Assembly: GCA_977016875.1 (NCBI GenBank)
Contig: CDRNST010000123.1
Coordinates: 4,650,001-4,714,000, forward strand
DNA from: Pavona decussata
Taxonomy: Eukaryota
Direction of reading: 5' to 3'
Length of the DNA: 64,000 nucleotides
Below, piece by piece: positions 49,331 to 62,939 of the stretch (positions are counted from its first letter, which is position 1; each line of letters begins with the position of its first letter). The translations under genes and the position numbers were made by a program. Under the pieces are notes generated by a model. It saw nothing but the letters and a program-made list of their open reading frames with translations, was not told where the DNA came from and did not search any database.

Positions 49331-52300
49331 AGTTAGCTTGAAATTTTATGCATGGTAGCGACTTCTATTTGTCCTTATATTCTTGATTATCTTTAAAATA
49401 ATGTAATAAATAAATTTTTAGAAGTCTGGTGTTAAAACATGTGTCCATATCAACAACACATAATTTATTCATGGCATGTGTGGTGAATTTTCATGATTCC
49501 CACCTTTGAAGCATCAAATTCATGGAAAATTCATGACCCATGAATGTCTCTCCTAATCAAATGCATGGGTCATGAAATAAAATGCTACATTTTCATGGAA
49601 AATTCATGGCCACAAATAAGGCCATGAAATTTAATTTTGCAGTTTTCAGGGGCCATGAAATGCCTTTCATGGGGTATTCACAGAAAATTCATGGCATTTT
49701 CATAAAACTGTGGTTCAAAGTGATATCATTGTGCGGCATCCAGTTTTTAGTTGCGTGCAGCCATGCCTTCTATCACACCTGGATATCTATATGCCAGTCC
49801 ATATGGTTTACAGAGCATCTATTGACAAGTTTGTGTCTTGTTTTTTCTATGTCGACCAGCACCATCTAATATACCATCCCAGTCTTTTGGCTTCTGCTTT
49901 TTAGTAGGGTTGTACACAAATTTATGTCATCATTTTCTGAGAGCTGTCAATTTGGGTTTTGTTTTCTATCACCCGCCTTAATTTTTATGCGGGTTGGACG
50001 GTATGCTAGCCTGTGATAACATGCAGTGATAGCCGCTCTACAATTGTGGAAACCACATAGAACTGTCGTGTGATAACGTGGAAAGAAGTAGTTTAGTATC
50101 GTGTGACTGGATAGACCACCGCGTATGATAACAGGTCATGATAGCATTGCTATTGTGCGACCAACACAGAAAACTGGCGTGGGGTCAACATGTCTTTGAT
50201 AACCAAGCTATTCCGTGATTCAGATTGTGCGACCATCACAGAAAACTGGCGTCTGATGTATCGTGCGACCAACAGAAAACTGACGTGTATTACGTGCATG
50301 TCATACAGTTAGTATGATGTGACTAAGATAGACCACCGCATGTGGAAACGTGTCATGATTGTGTTCCCTATTGTGCGACCAACACAGAAACTGGCGTAAA
50401 GCACTATCTTTGGATCGCTGCCCTGTTTAATTCCATGATCAAAATGTACATACCACACAGAGAACTAGCATGTATCGTGCTACAAAGGTTACACTATTGT
50501 GCGACCAACACAGCAGAAGTCTGGTTTGCGACTACCCCACTCACTGAGGCATTGTCGGGCAGACTTATTGAAACTGTTTGTTTTTTGCAAGCTATTTTTG
50601 AGGGTATTTGCTTGCTTACCTGGCAAAATTGAGTACACCAATTCGTGACCTGCCGCATTAGCGTGATATCACTAGATTTAAGAGCACCTCTGATATGAAG
50701 CAATTTCTTGTTAGCATGTTGCATGCGATAAAGTGATGTCTTACACATCTGCTTGACTTGTTATCTGTTTCTTATTTCCTGTCATTCCGTTTACACTCAG
50801 GAACTTGCCGGCTTGGAAAAAGAGCTGAAAGGAGAGATTAGTTTTCTAAAAGGGACCAACCACACACAGCGGTTCAGCCGTTTGCGTGACAAACTTAAGG
50901 TCTATTGTCACGTCATCAACTTCAACAAAACAGTTGCCCTGAACAAACTACGGGCCACCTTAGACGAAGCACGCTTGTTAAAGGCGTACGACACGGCAAA
51001 ACTGTCAGCTCTATGGGACAGACTCGCCTTCGCTAAACAAGCTGATCGCCAGGTTGACCTACGTGCCACCAGTTTTGCCTGTTTGGCATCTGAGGCTGAG
51101 CGGAAGGCCGACAAACTTGTCTGTTGTTACGAACAGTGATCCACCTCCAGGCAGCCAGTGCAGTTTCGTGGGGAACGCTTTCAAAGCTCCCAAGGTTTCA
51201 GACACGACTTGAATGACGCCGCAGCGGTGCTTCTAGCGACAAATGTTTCGCTTGTGGCAAAGCTAGCCACTTGCCTGTGATTGCCGTAAATGGCACGATC
51301 AACCACCCCCCAAAGAGCTGTGCACAGATACAATAATAAAAGCTTGGTTCTTATGTATTCAATTCATTACCTGTGTATCTCTCTATTGTCCTAGTTCCAA
51401 TGACACACTCTGTCATACATTATCTTTCTTCTGTTCAAGTCATGCTGCCAAATTCTATTGTGCGTGCACACCTGTGTTATGCTGTTATCTTGTGTTGCAT
51501 GTACACACCTGTGTCTTGCTGTGATCTTGTCTTGCATGTGTGCATGCCGTCCTCATGTCTTGCACGTGCCTTGGTGCTATTCTGTCAAATTGTGTTTCAC
51601 GTAGGCACCTATGTCATGCTTCTATCTTGTGTTGCTTGTGCGCACCTCTGCTTTGCAGTCATCTTATTTCGTTGTGAAGCAAGGCTAATCAATTTGTCAG
51701 CCTGAAGACCCGAGCGGAGCTAAGCAGTGTAAATTAAAGTGAAAAACACATTTAAATGTATATAGATCAGTGCGAATTTGTAATAATGTGCTCACTAGGT
51801 CCGGGCATGAAGCCGGGCACCCTCTGGCTTCATGCTCCTGTGGTGATCTAAACTTGAGGGGGCTACCAATGGGTGAGATTGCACAGGGTGAGGGCTAACT
51901 GCTGGGGGGTGGCTCAACCAAGGGGGGTTTTCCTTGGGATAATAAGATTGCACGTTCTTTGTACGTGAAATAGTTTTTTATCCTCATGACTGGGAAAAGA
52001 AAATTGAACGTTATTAATAAAAGATTACTTTTTTTATCCAAATGTTTGGCTAAAGAGGAGAAACATCTTCTGGATCGCTACTCTAAGGGACTTCACCCAT
52101 TTATAAAGTCATCAATAACTGCAGGGAGGGCGTTTTCAGCTGAGGACTTAATTCGCCAGTGGAAAGCAGATACGCAGCCTCCTGCTGATGGCAACACTGA
52201 ATCTGGTTCACCCCGTAAGAAAAAGCGGTTAGAGTCCAAAACAAGCACAAATGACAAGCCCAGAAAGTCGAACAAGGATAAGGCTCACCAAAAGAAGAGT

Positions 52301-52929
52301 ATAGATTCATCTTCTGCTTTGGCTGTTCAGGAGATCATTGCTTCCCTAGTAAAAACGGTATCACGTTGTGATCACAAATCACGGCTGTGATCACCGGCGT
52401 GACACTCCTTTCACCGTGATCACGCCTTCAGCAATGCGTAATTGGAGTGATCACACCCGTGATCAGGGTGTGATCACTCCACTGACCGTGATTCTCTACA
52501 GAGATAGCGTGATCACGGGTGGTTAGGGTAAAATTGAAAATCAAAAACATTACCATCTCATTCAAATAGGCCCAAATATCTGTTAACACTAATGGAGTGA
52601 AAAAAAATCATATTCCAGTAAATTAAAGATGTGGTTTAATGACAGCCGAATGACTTACCGCACTAAACTCAGGAGAAATTTGAATCTTTCTTTCACAGTG
52701 CGTGTCGCTCTGGTCTTTCGTTATTGTAACTCTCTGGTTTCGTGGTTCGTTTTTGTTTTTGTGCGTCAAAAGCTTAATCTGCAATATATACGTGTTTTTT
52801 TTCTGTGTTCATCAGTCCTGTACAACATTTTATAGCAGCTTATTAAACGACTAACAATGAATATTATTTGGAGCATAATATTATTATGTTGCCTTCTTTG
52901 TGCTCGATTCATTTTACTTACTCGATCCA
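49331..52929. repeat. 3599-bp near-identical tandem duplication, copy 2
   Basis: Starts agttagcttgaaatt and ends actcgatcca, as in copy 1. Confidence 0.97.
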
Positions 52930-53999
52930 AGGCAAAAAATCAAGGCTTCTTTTTTGCATGTTCGCGACAAAGCACTGATATACACTGAAAAATATTTTCA
53001 AGGTACGATTCTAACTTCAGTTTTGAGAAATTTAGCGCCTTTTCTCCGAGCTGCATGACACGTGCGTGTCGGAATTTTATCTACAAGTTCTCTTGAGACA
53101 TCTGCGCGTTTAATCTTATTGGCCAAATGTCATGAACCTGTTTCAAATTACCTTTACCTGATCGCGTTACAAAAATGGTCCTGAAAATAAACTCGACCGT
53201 TGGTAATTTGACTTAGAAGAGCGGGAACGTTTTCAATGCGAAGTATCTTCCTTTATTAGTCTGGGAAACAGTTTGATGTTTTGGGTTTCTGAAGCAAAGA
53301 TCTGCACCCGGCCGTTTTGTAAACAACAGACTGTTCCTTCGGATTGTCTCCAACTGTGCAGCCACTTGAATGTTTGAAGTTCGTCGCAATAAATGTACTC
53401 TGATCGAGAACACTCAGAGGACTTCTTTGGTCTGCTGTAAAACGAAATGACTCTTGCCAGTTGTATTTTAGTCTACGTTTCCACAAGGGAAAGAATATCG
53501 AAGAATGTTCCAATTACTGAGGTGAGCAACATGACAATCGCGTAATACAATAACGACGAATTTTTATGTTGAAAGTGATTCCTGGTTAGCATCCTTCTGA
53601 ATCGTAAGAAAATATTAGTTCACGTTTACCTTTGTGGTTCTCAACTTGTCAAAATGTATACTATTTTAGCTTTTTAATTCCACTGCCCAACAGACTGCGC
53701 CGTTCTTTAATGGACGTTCTGCCCCCGCCTCAAATAGCCTCTGAAAGGCTATTACTTTGGGGCAGTATTTTATATACACATATATACTATATATGTAGCT
53801 CATTTTTGACAGTAATGAAATTTGTTGTTGTTATTACATTATTGTACAACTTTTTTAACGTCCTGTATTTTGTGCTTTTTATGTTCTTGTGTACTTCACA
53901 CATAAAGTTAATACTGTGAACATAAGGGTGACTGTGATCACAAGCGTGATCACACTTGTTGTGACATTAGCGCATAAGATCTATACACTATACCATTTT

Positions 54000-56900
54000 T
54001 ATACTTTTAAATGGTGCAACACAAAACGCATGTCGGTCTCATTATTCACCATTGCGATTTAAACGTCCTTCAGACAAAAAATGCTTCAAAAAAGCCTTCT
54101 CAACAAACACACAGCTGAGCTACGAATTAAAACGGATTGAAAATACCGGCACACAATTGGCTACTTTCGTTTCCGGAAAACGAGCCAATGACAAGAGTGC
54201 ACAGCCGATCCCAGCTGAAAATATACCGAGTATAAAAGGGTTGAAAAATCACTTTTTCACGGGATCAGAATTGAGAATTTCTCTACCTATCCCTGAAATA
54301 CTGTACGTTGTCGCTACACAGCAGCTGAAGAGATTCAATAAGAATTGAAACCGCCGGTCCTGCTTAGACCATACATCTTCAGATTTATTCTGAAAACCAG
54401 GTCAGACAACCCTCTAAAGGAGAAATACCTCTCTCCAAGCGAGGAAAATGCCCTTCTTGAAGATACAACAATGGTATCCCCACCAAGGACACCAACACAC
54501 CGTCGTGAACACGAGGTAGACGATTATGATCTCAACCATTTTCCAGCTGATCCGTTCTCAGATACAGAAGAGGCGAGCCCTCCATCATCGCAACTTGAAG
54601 AAAGACACAAAATTACAGAACAAGCTAACCAAAGGCGAACAGAGCCTCTTAAATACAAGAGAAGCCCTTTTAAACCTCCCCTCGATCCACCACAATCGAG
54701 AAAAAGGAACTATAAAAATATGGGCAGCGGAAACCAGACACTGGATTACAAGATCAGCAAGACTCAAGAATCTATCCAGAAACTGGATAAACACTTGAAA
54801 CTAAAGACTTGCCCTAAGTCACTGCACTACACCGCGCGGGCGAACATCACAAAGGAAATTAAAGCTATCAAACAAAGGGCTGAACAAGATCATGTCAGCA
54901 CTCTTAAGCGCTTTCACCAGCGTAGACTAGACAGTCACGCCACAAAACTTAAACAGGCAAAGGCCACAAAAGCTTGTTCCAACAATATTGTATTTTCTCA
55001 GAAAGAGTCCAATTCGCCTTCGGCGGCCCGTGAAAACATTGTAAACAACAACAATGTAAAGATAGGGCACCTTCAAAAAGAAATCGCAGATCTAAAGGAT
55101 CTGCTTTGTACACACTTGCTGAAAGACAATAAAAATGTTGAAAGCTATTACAGTGTGTTTACTGAAAAACCAGCCTCAATATTCATCCCTACAAAACGGC
55201 AAAGGCTCAACAAAAATATCAGGCGCAAACAACGCAGAAATAGCATGACACAAAGGCGAATAGCCAAACAAAGGGAATCAAATGAGAAGTATATCAAAAA
55301 CCTCTCAGACGCAACTTTAACTGACAATCAAGTTAGCGTCATTTCTAAAGGGCTCAAATTCATACCAACACCCATGAGGAATGAAAACAACATCAGGCGT
55401 CAACTCTTGCACGACTTTGAACACTTTGCAAGACGTATGTGCCTCCAGTTTATATTCCACGGTCAAGAGAAGGAACCACATCTGTTCCATGTAAAATCGA
55501 ACTGGATACCCCCAGTTCAATCATCCGTTGCCCTTGAAAGCTACTTAGAAAATGTCAAGTTAGCACTTGCAGAGGTCAAAATAAGAAAGCCAAAATACAA
55601 TCTGTCATACCATGAACACAAAGCAGTTCAAGAACTAAAAAACAATACTGCTATTAACATTAAACGAGCGGATAAAGGCAGTACGACAGTACTTCTCAAT
55701 CGTTCTGAAAAAATACAAGAGCCTCAAGTCCAACTAAACATCTGAGACCATTATAAACCTCTTGCTAAGCCCATGGTTGAGGACACTCTTCTCAGGGTCA
55801 AAGAGATTGTAACTCAACTACACCAAGGCAAACACATTGATGACATGATGAAAAGATGGCTTTCTCAATCCCCACACCCACCAAGGATACCGATATTCTA
55901 CACTCTCACAAAAATCCACAAACCGAAACCGGTTGGGAGACCTATAATAAGCGGTTGCAGTGGTCCAACAGAGAGAATCTCATCCTTCGTTGATCGTTTG
56001 CTACAGCCTATTGCCATTAAACAGAAATCGTATCTCAAAGATACAACTGATTTCATAAACTTCATAGAAAAAACTAAAGTATCGCACGATACAATTTTAG
56101 TATCTATGGATGTCACAAACTTGTACACTAATCTACCACAAGAGGAGGGTATCAATACAGTATGCAAAGCATACAACTGTTTCTACAATGATAGCCCTCC
56201 CATTCCATCACACTATCTCAAAGAAATGCTTGGCCTTATTCTGAAAGAAAACTCATTCCAGTTTAACGGAGTAAACTATCTCCAAATTCATGGAACAGCT
56301 ATGGGAACTAAAATGGCAGTTTCATTTGCCAACATTTTCATGGCGGAAATTGAATCAGAGTTACTAGGCCAGAGCAGAATTAAACTGTTGTCATGGAAAC
56401 GTTTCATTGATGACATATTCTCTCTATGGGACACCAATAAACAAGAGATAGAATTATTTATAGAACAAGCCAACAACTTCCATCCCACGATCAAATTCAC
56501 GGCTGATATTTCAGACAAGAAAATCACATTCCTAGACACAGTGGTGCACAAGGGTGAAAGATTCTCCAAAGAATCTATCCTTGATATCAAAACACATTAC
56601 AAGCCGACTGAAACCTTTCAATATACCCATTTTACCTCTTGTCACCCACCAGGTGTTAAAAGACGTTTCATCAAAGGTGAAGCTATCAGACTTCTCCGAA
56701 CTAACTCCTCAGAAACAGCTTTCAAGGAGTCTCTCTCTAAATTCAAAACATGTCTTACAGCACGTGGATACCCTAAACATCTGATAGAGAGCACACTATC
56801 TGAAATCACCTTCGCCGGAAGGCAGTTGGCACTACAACAAAAGCTTAAGGCTCGTGAGAAAATCCTACGGTTCGTAACTACATACCACCCAGCAGTTACC

Positions 56901-57115
56901 GAACTTAAAAAGATACTGATGCACAAATGCAGCTTTATTCAAAATCAGCCTTTGCTGAAAACTATATATAACACGCCTCCTATTATATCCTACAAAAGAG
57001 GGAAATCGCTTAACGACATACTAGTCAAAGCGAAACTCTGAAGGCTCTAAACATGCGTCGCAACCACAAAACCACAAAAGGGGAGTCAGTGCAGGCCTGT
57101 CACATCATTTTAACC
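54000..57115 (+). mobile_element. Near-complete Penelope-like retroelement, RT only with no GIY-YIG; ORF 54471-57041 with one in-frame TGA at 55743
   Basis: NLS..LT....V.SKGLKFIPTP, IKRADKGS, FYTLTKIHK...GRPIISG, SMDVTNLYTN, QIHGTAMGT, WKRFIDDIF, FLD and HYKPT. ORF ends SYKRGKSLNDILVKAKL*. Confidence 0.92.
54320..54364 (+). ncRNA. Type I minimal hammerhead ribozyme
   Basis: AGCAG CTGAAGA GATTC aataa GAATT GAAA CCG c CGG TC^ CTGCT: complete core with stems I to III paired; predicted cleavage after C54359. Confidence 0.85.
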
Positions 57116-57393
57116 ATTCATTTATCGTTCAATTTTTATCGCTCCTGCCAGGCTGATTATCATCACGCTCTGTCTTGCTCTTTAGCGACGTTTTTTATGG
57201 CTTGAATCTCGCCCGTTACTTGCTCAGAATTTTCGTATGGGATAACATGTTATCGTTATGGTGTCTCAGTAAAACATCACATGCGTACTTGAAAACGCAC
57301 TCATGCATGAGTGCAGCAACTGAAGAGGAAGAAAAAATATTTGTATACCTTTGTAGTATTGCTTTTTGAGCTTGTGAAACATTCCAACATTAA

Positions 57394-58460
57394 CCCTTTC
57401 ACTGCCAAATTTCTTGGACTCTCTGGACAATTATCTCGATGTAGATGACCAAAACGGATTTAGTTGTCCTATATGAAGATCTCCTTTGAAATGTTCGCTG
57501 CTCTGCAATAACGAGGACTCAAGTTTTTTCGTGAAGTCACCTATTTGAACTGTTGTTGGTTTGCTCGCGAGCACAAACACATTCTAATCGGTAAGTTGTC
57601 GGTTTATAAGTGTACTTTCAGGCCATTTTCCACTGCAGAAGCTCCCAGGCTGGCATCATAAAGCTGGAATGGAGAGTAGAGGCAATCCTCTGAAAGAATC
57701 CAGAGGTGAGAGATGATTTCATAGCGACTGGGACGCCAAAAGTGTTGGTATCGAGTGATGGTGGCTCACGAGTGAAGTTGTCTCTCTGGCCGTACTGTGG
57801 GTGGATTCTCGGACCTACCCAGGCAATTTGGGGGAGATTTGACTTGCAAAGAAAACGATGTGTGCGATATTTTTCCAGTAGGACCAGGTGGCTCGACACT
57901 TATATAAAAACTACTGAATTAAGATGGCAGGACCTCCATTTCGTCGTTGTATCGAAATTACCCAGAATGCAACTCGGACGGCAAATGGGAAATCACGGGC
58001 TTTGAAAAGTGGCTCGAATCAAATGGCTGATGTTCGAACAGCTGTACACGTGAGAGGCAAAATTGGAGAGAAATGCTTAGTCATGAGATTAAGGTTTGCT
58101 GTCATGAAGGAATTTTGGTTTTAAAATGAGATTTTGAATTAAAAAATTGGAAGCAAAGATGTGTGTTTTTCAGCTTTCCTCGATGCCGCAGAAAATGGGC
58201 ATTTTTGCTTGAAAATAAATGTTGATATGGAACGGCAAACGGAAGATAAACTCAGTTTATTTGCACTTGAAAATAAATGTTGATATGGAACGGCAAACGG
58301 AAGATAAACTCAGTTTATTTGCACTTAAAGCCTAAAACACTTACTAATTAACACTATTAGTAGACCATAATAACCAGATTTCTAGATTTGAGAATGTGGC
58401 CAATCTTGAAAGTGGTAACCTCTAAAACGGCGACATTAGTCGCCTTTAGCGAAGAAAGGG
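57394..58460. mobile_element. Possible piggyBac-like non-autonomous element
   Basis: TTAA|CCCTTTC ... GAAAGGG|TTAA; only 7 bp of TIR are perfect. Internal 59-bp tandem duplication at about 58208-58326. Confidence 0.5.
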
Positions 58461-59879
58461 TTAACAACATCATTTTGCAATGATATGCTGCTGAAAAAGA
58501 ATCTTTCAGCGGCAACACAAAAACTGACCGGGTGGACGTCGGAAGCAAGGTGATGGCATTATGGACACAAAATGAATTGGAAGGAACGATGTTCCAGCTG
58601 GGATGGAATGAAGGAGAAATTCAGTGGTGTGACAAGGACAATGGCACAGTAGGAATTCTTTATCGTAAAGATGTCAAAGGAGGGAAGCTGAGAGTATACG
58701 AACTTCGTCTGACACTTGCATTTGCCAATGGCATTTTAAAAATCAAGAGCTAATCCAAACAAGGTTGTCCCATATACGAATTTCGTAATTTTTCTGGAAC
58801 TTTTTATTCATTTTTCTTTCTTTTGCTTTAGACGTAGTAGACGAAGTATGCCGTGTAAGCAAAGCAAATGGTCAGTGGAATCTAAGGTAAAGGCGGCTGG
58901 CAAATCTGTTAATTAAATCAATGTGCTAGTGAACAAATATACTTCAACTTTTTTCCATTCTTTTGTAGTCAAAAATCACAGTTGATGTCGACGTCATCTG
59001 GTGAGAACAGAAAAAAAATAGTGTAGTGGTTGTAATGTACTGCTCGCATTCCTTGTTTAAATATTATGGAAGACAAATTAGCATTGACAAAAGAACACAT
59101 GAACATTTTGTTTGAATATGCTTACCGATAAATACCATGGTTCGTAAAAACGTAAATAGACTCAAATGTTAGGACCAAATACTGTAGTTCTATTGCAACC
59201 ATTGCAGCTTAGGCTGCAAAACTAAAGGTCAGCGGTTACTCAATAAAATGTGATTTCAAGATGGCCGCTAATTAACTTCGAAGGCATCAAAACAATGTAC
59301 TCTCCTGAAACATGAAGCTGATTGAGCCACATAAAGAGATTTAATTTGGTGATAGCAATGTAAACATAGCATGCCAAAGACAGGTAAGGGTGGATGTAAT
59401 AAAGATATTGTTGTCTAGCAAAGGATTTTACCAGGAAAACTTTGCTACAAGGCTTTCTGTGCACTATAAGGTACGCTTGTGTTGTTCATTTTATTCACTG
59501 ACAAGAATAAATTTAGCTGAATTGTGGCCGGAGGAAAAAGAAAAATTCTCTCATTTGTATTAGACTGTCAAACAAGGAATTCCAAAGGGGTGTTTGAAAA
59601 GAACAATTTCGGAAGGGGGGGAGGGGGGGTTTACGGAAATGGAATTCCGAAGGCATGGGGGTAAAGCATTTTGTAATTTCTGAAGGCAAGGAGGGGGGGG
59701 GGGGGGTTAAATTTTGATGCCACCGGTGGTATCGTACAGACATTTTCTGAAATCGCCCAATTACCCCTAAAGTTAACATGGGCAATCACTTTACACAAGA
59801 GTCAAGGTTAAATGCTAAAGAAAGCCTGAGTTGATCTTGGTCCTTCAGGAAAATCTTCAGGAATGACATATGTTGCACT

Positions 59880-60540
59880 TAGGGCAGTGACCAACCTAAA
59901 CCAGTTGAAGTGAAATCCACCCAAAAGATGACACTCATCAGAGACGATTGTGTGTTAGAAGATGAGACAGGTACAGCTGAAATTCACATTTGGGATGAGC
60001 TCGTTAACAACATAAAAAATAGGGCAACATATGAATACCAAAACCTGAACATCAAGCACTTCAAGGAAGCACCCACTTAGCAATGACACCAGCAACTAGC
60101 TTCAAGGAAGCCGCCAGCAAACAACTTAAGTCTGTGCAAGGACCTACACTACTGGAAAACCCAGAAAAGGAAGTTAAAGTCAAGATGTTTAAGTTTCTTA
60201 ACAACCTAAGTGTATTCGTTGCTTGTCAAGCTTGTAAAACGAAGATGACAGAGAGTTCTCATCAGAAGTGCATTAAATGCAGGAACTGTGGAGTACGGCA
60301 GCGTCAAGGCGAGTGCAAGAGAGATGCATCTATACAAGTAAAAGTAGAAATAGCTGGAAAGGAAATATGGCTGACAGCATTTACAGATGCAATTGAAAGT
60401 CTTCTGGCTCTGTCTCCAGACGTTTCCGTTATGAGTGACTCAGAATCTATCGAAAACCTGCTTATGGACCTCAAGGATATCCACTTCACCTATAATGTTA
60501 AAAAAAAAAAAGCATAACCCAGCTGACATCTGTTTCAAAT
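59880..60540 (+). pseudogene. RPA1-like OB-fold ssDNA-binding protein with C4 zinc ribbon, frameshifted and intronless
   Basis: DCVLEDETGTAEIHIWDE (OB fold), then ACQACKTKM...KCRNC...IWLTAFTDAIESLL. Confidence 0.65.
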
Positions 60541-60664
60541 GGACTGGCACAATGACACTATGGAACGATTAAGTAATGAGCCATCTTGGCATTAAACTAC
60601 TTACTATGTAAACTACGTTCAAAGTTGCGTTCTAAAAACATGTTAAAACACGAACATGAAACAT

Positions 60665-60840
60665 TTTAACATTTCAAAAAACAAACAATAGCATGTGAGA
60701 TTTGCATTTGCAATCTCTGTTACAAGTTCAGTTCTTAAAGACATTTTCAAAAACAAAGAATAGCATATGGGATTTGCATTTGCAATCTATGTTACAAGTT
60801 TTGTTTTTAAAGACATTCTAAAAAACGAAGAAGAGCATGT
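60665..60840. repeat. Tandem repeat of about 70 bp (about 2.5 units)
   Basis: acattt(t)caaaaacaaa.aatagcat.tg.gatttgcatttgcaatct.tgttacaagtt recurs. Confidence 0.8.
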
Positions 60841-60985
60841 TGGTTAATTATTGTTATTGTCATTACGCAACCACAGTCTAGCGCAATCAAGTTTCGTTTC
60901 ATTGCACGTGTCTCTCTCGCCAGTGCTAGTTCATCGCTTTTGTAAGCCTCTTCGTTGTATTTTTTTTTGTATCCTCGTTTTCCAA

Positions 60986-61680
60986 ATGTCAAGAAAATCA
61001 GCACCTTCACATTGTGCTAGCCATTTGAGCAACGATTACGTCTGGGATTCGCTATCTCCGCTGTTTACCGACCGACGTGAAGACTCGCCAACAATCAACC
61101 AGATTGCCAACACGCAGTCAGCAGCTTTAACAGACTCAACATTGGGACTTCAATTTTTAGCGGATCATCGCGGGAAACAGAAACTGGCTCAAGCGGAGAT
61201 TCTTGAACCAACTGAAAGAGTTCTGCCATCAGTGTCTTTGCCACCGTCTGCTACGGCCGTTTCACCGCCTCAATCCAGTCGCGAAGACCAGCTCAAACTT
61301 CGACTTCACATGGAGACGCAGGATCTCGAAATAAAGCAGTTACTGTGAGAATTGCAGTTGGCCCAGCCCAAACTCGCATCCAACACCGTAATGTCTTCAA
61401 AACCCAACGAATCTGTGAAGGCTGGAGACAAGTCAAGCGAGAAGTCTCTTGGTGATCAACACGCTCCTCAAAGGATCACAAATCCGCAGGAATGACCACA
61501 TATATTCGCCCCAGGTGAGCCAAAACTATTCAATGAATTGTCCATGGCCGAATTTTTGGCCGGTTACACCATTATCATACAGCGCTGCACAGATGTTTCT
61601 CACAGAGCAGCGCTAATCTCTCATTTTCATCTTATGGTTCTTGCGTCAACATACATGTGGTCAGCAGTCCGTACCTATCG
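60986..61680 (+). mobile_element. DIRS/Ngaro-type gag relic
   Basis: PQE*PHIFAPGEPKLFNELSMAEFLAGY..I...LISHF.LMVLASTY.WSAVRTY. Confidence 0.65.
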
Positions 61681-62939
61681 CTCATCTGGACTCAAGTTTC
61701 TTCCTTTCCTGTTTGTTTTTTGAGCAGAAAAGCACCGAGGCGAGAAATCATAAATTTCGCAGTACATCAATTTTTGTTGGGTAAACGAAGAAAGTATTTA
61801 CATCCCAACGAATGTTTGCATGTTGTGATGTAATAGCTTTTGCCATCAAAGTGTACCAATTTAGAGCGCTAGGAAAGAGATTACAAAATAGAAACAGCAG
61901 CGAATAGATTGTAAAAAATATAAAGCCACACTGGAAATGACTGAAACGTGTAGCTTCGTTCCGCCTGACTGAACATCAATTCGTTGCCTAGCACGTGATA
62001 AGGTTTTCCCCTTGTCGGCGCGTGACTTTGCATGGAATGTTCTAGAGAATCATACCAAAAGAAGCAAATTATGGGGGATTCAAAGATTATGTTCCGTTCC
62101 GTGCTTTTCCCAGACAGAAGCGTTTCGCAGTTTTCTTTGCAACACAAATAAAAAATCAATCAAGTCTAAAACAAACATGACCACTGCCACCCCTCAATCT
62201 GAATCCACTTAAGTTTTTTCGCAGAGACTCCATAGACGTAACACGAGACCGTGTAAAAAAATTTTATGTGTACTGTACGTGCAAGAAAAAGCGATTCGCG
62301 CGTGTACATAAAAGCCATGATTATAGACAAAAACATAACGTTACGATAAAACATTCTTTTCCCTTTTGATGCTCCATTATTTTAAAGGAAAAACAGCTCG
62401 AGTTGGTGAATGGGCGGCGTTTTGCTGTTTGGCTCACAACAATTATTTCTTGGACAAATTCGCGGGGAACTTTTCATGGAAATATTTCACGGGCCTTGGT
62501 TATTGCTGGTTTATCCACCTTTCATTTCATACGCCTTAGAATCAGTGGCCATTATGGCACCTAAAGAACATATTTATTTGGAGACTCCGTCAACTATTTT
62601 TTGTTTTTTAACATATAACAATACCTGAAATTATTTAATTAATACACATAAGGGAAAAAATTAATGCCATTTCAACATACTAGAAATGAAATTCAAGATC
62701 ATACAGTGTAAGGGGGTACCAGAAAAGCGACCCCGTGTGACTCCTTCCCAACCTACCACTGGTGTTGACTATAATGCCGTTGATGCCTCATTTCCACCAA
62801 CATCTGGTCAGAGTGTCTCTAAAGATGGAAACAGTCATGCTAGCAGCACTTTATCCAATAATGTTATAAAGTGCGCAGATAACCTGTTTACATCCAAGTA
62901 CCATCAGCGTGATTTTTTGTAAAGAGGCTGATTGTTGTA

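Noticed and set aside
55743-55745. Selenocysteine read-through of the in-frame TGA in the Penelope-like ORF
   Set aside because: The position is not an obvious Cys site and is more simply a CGA>TGA mutation; no SECIS was recognised.
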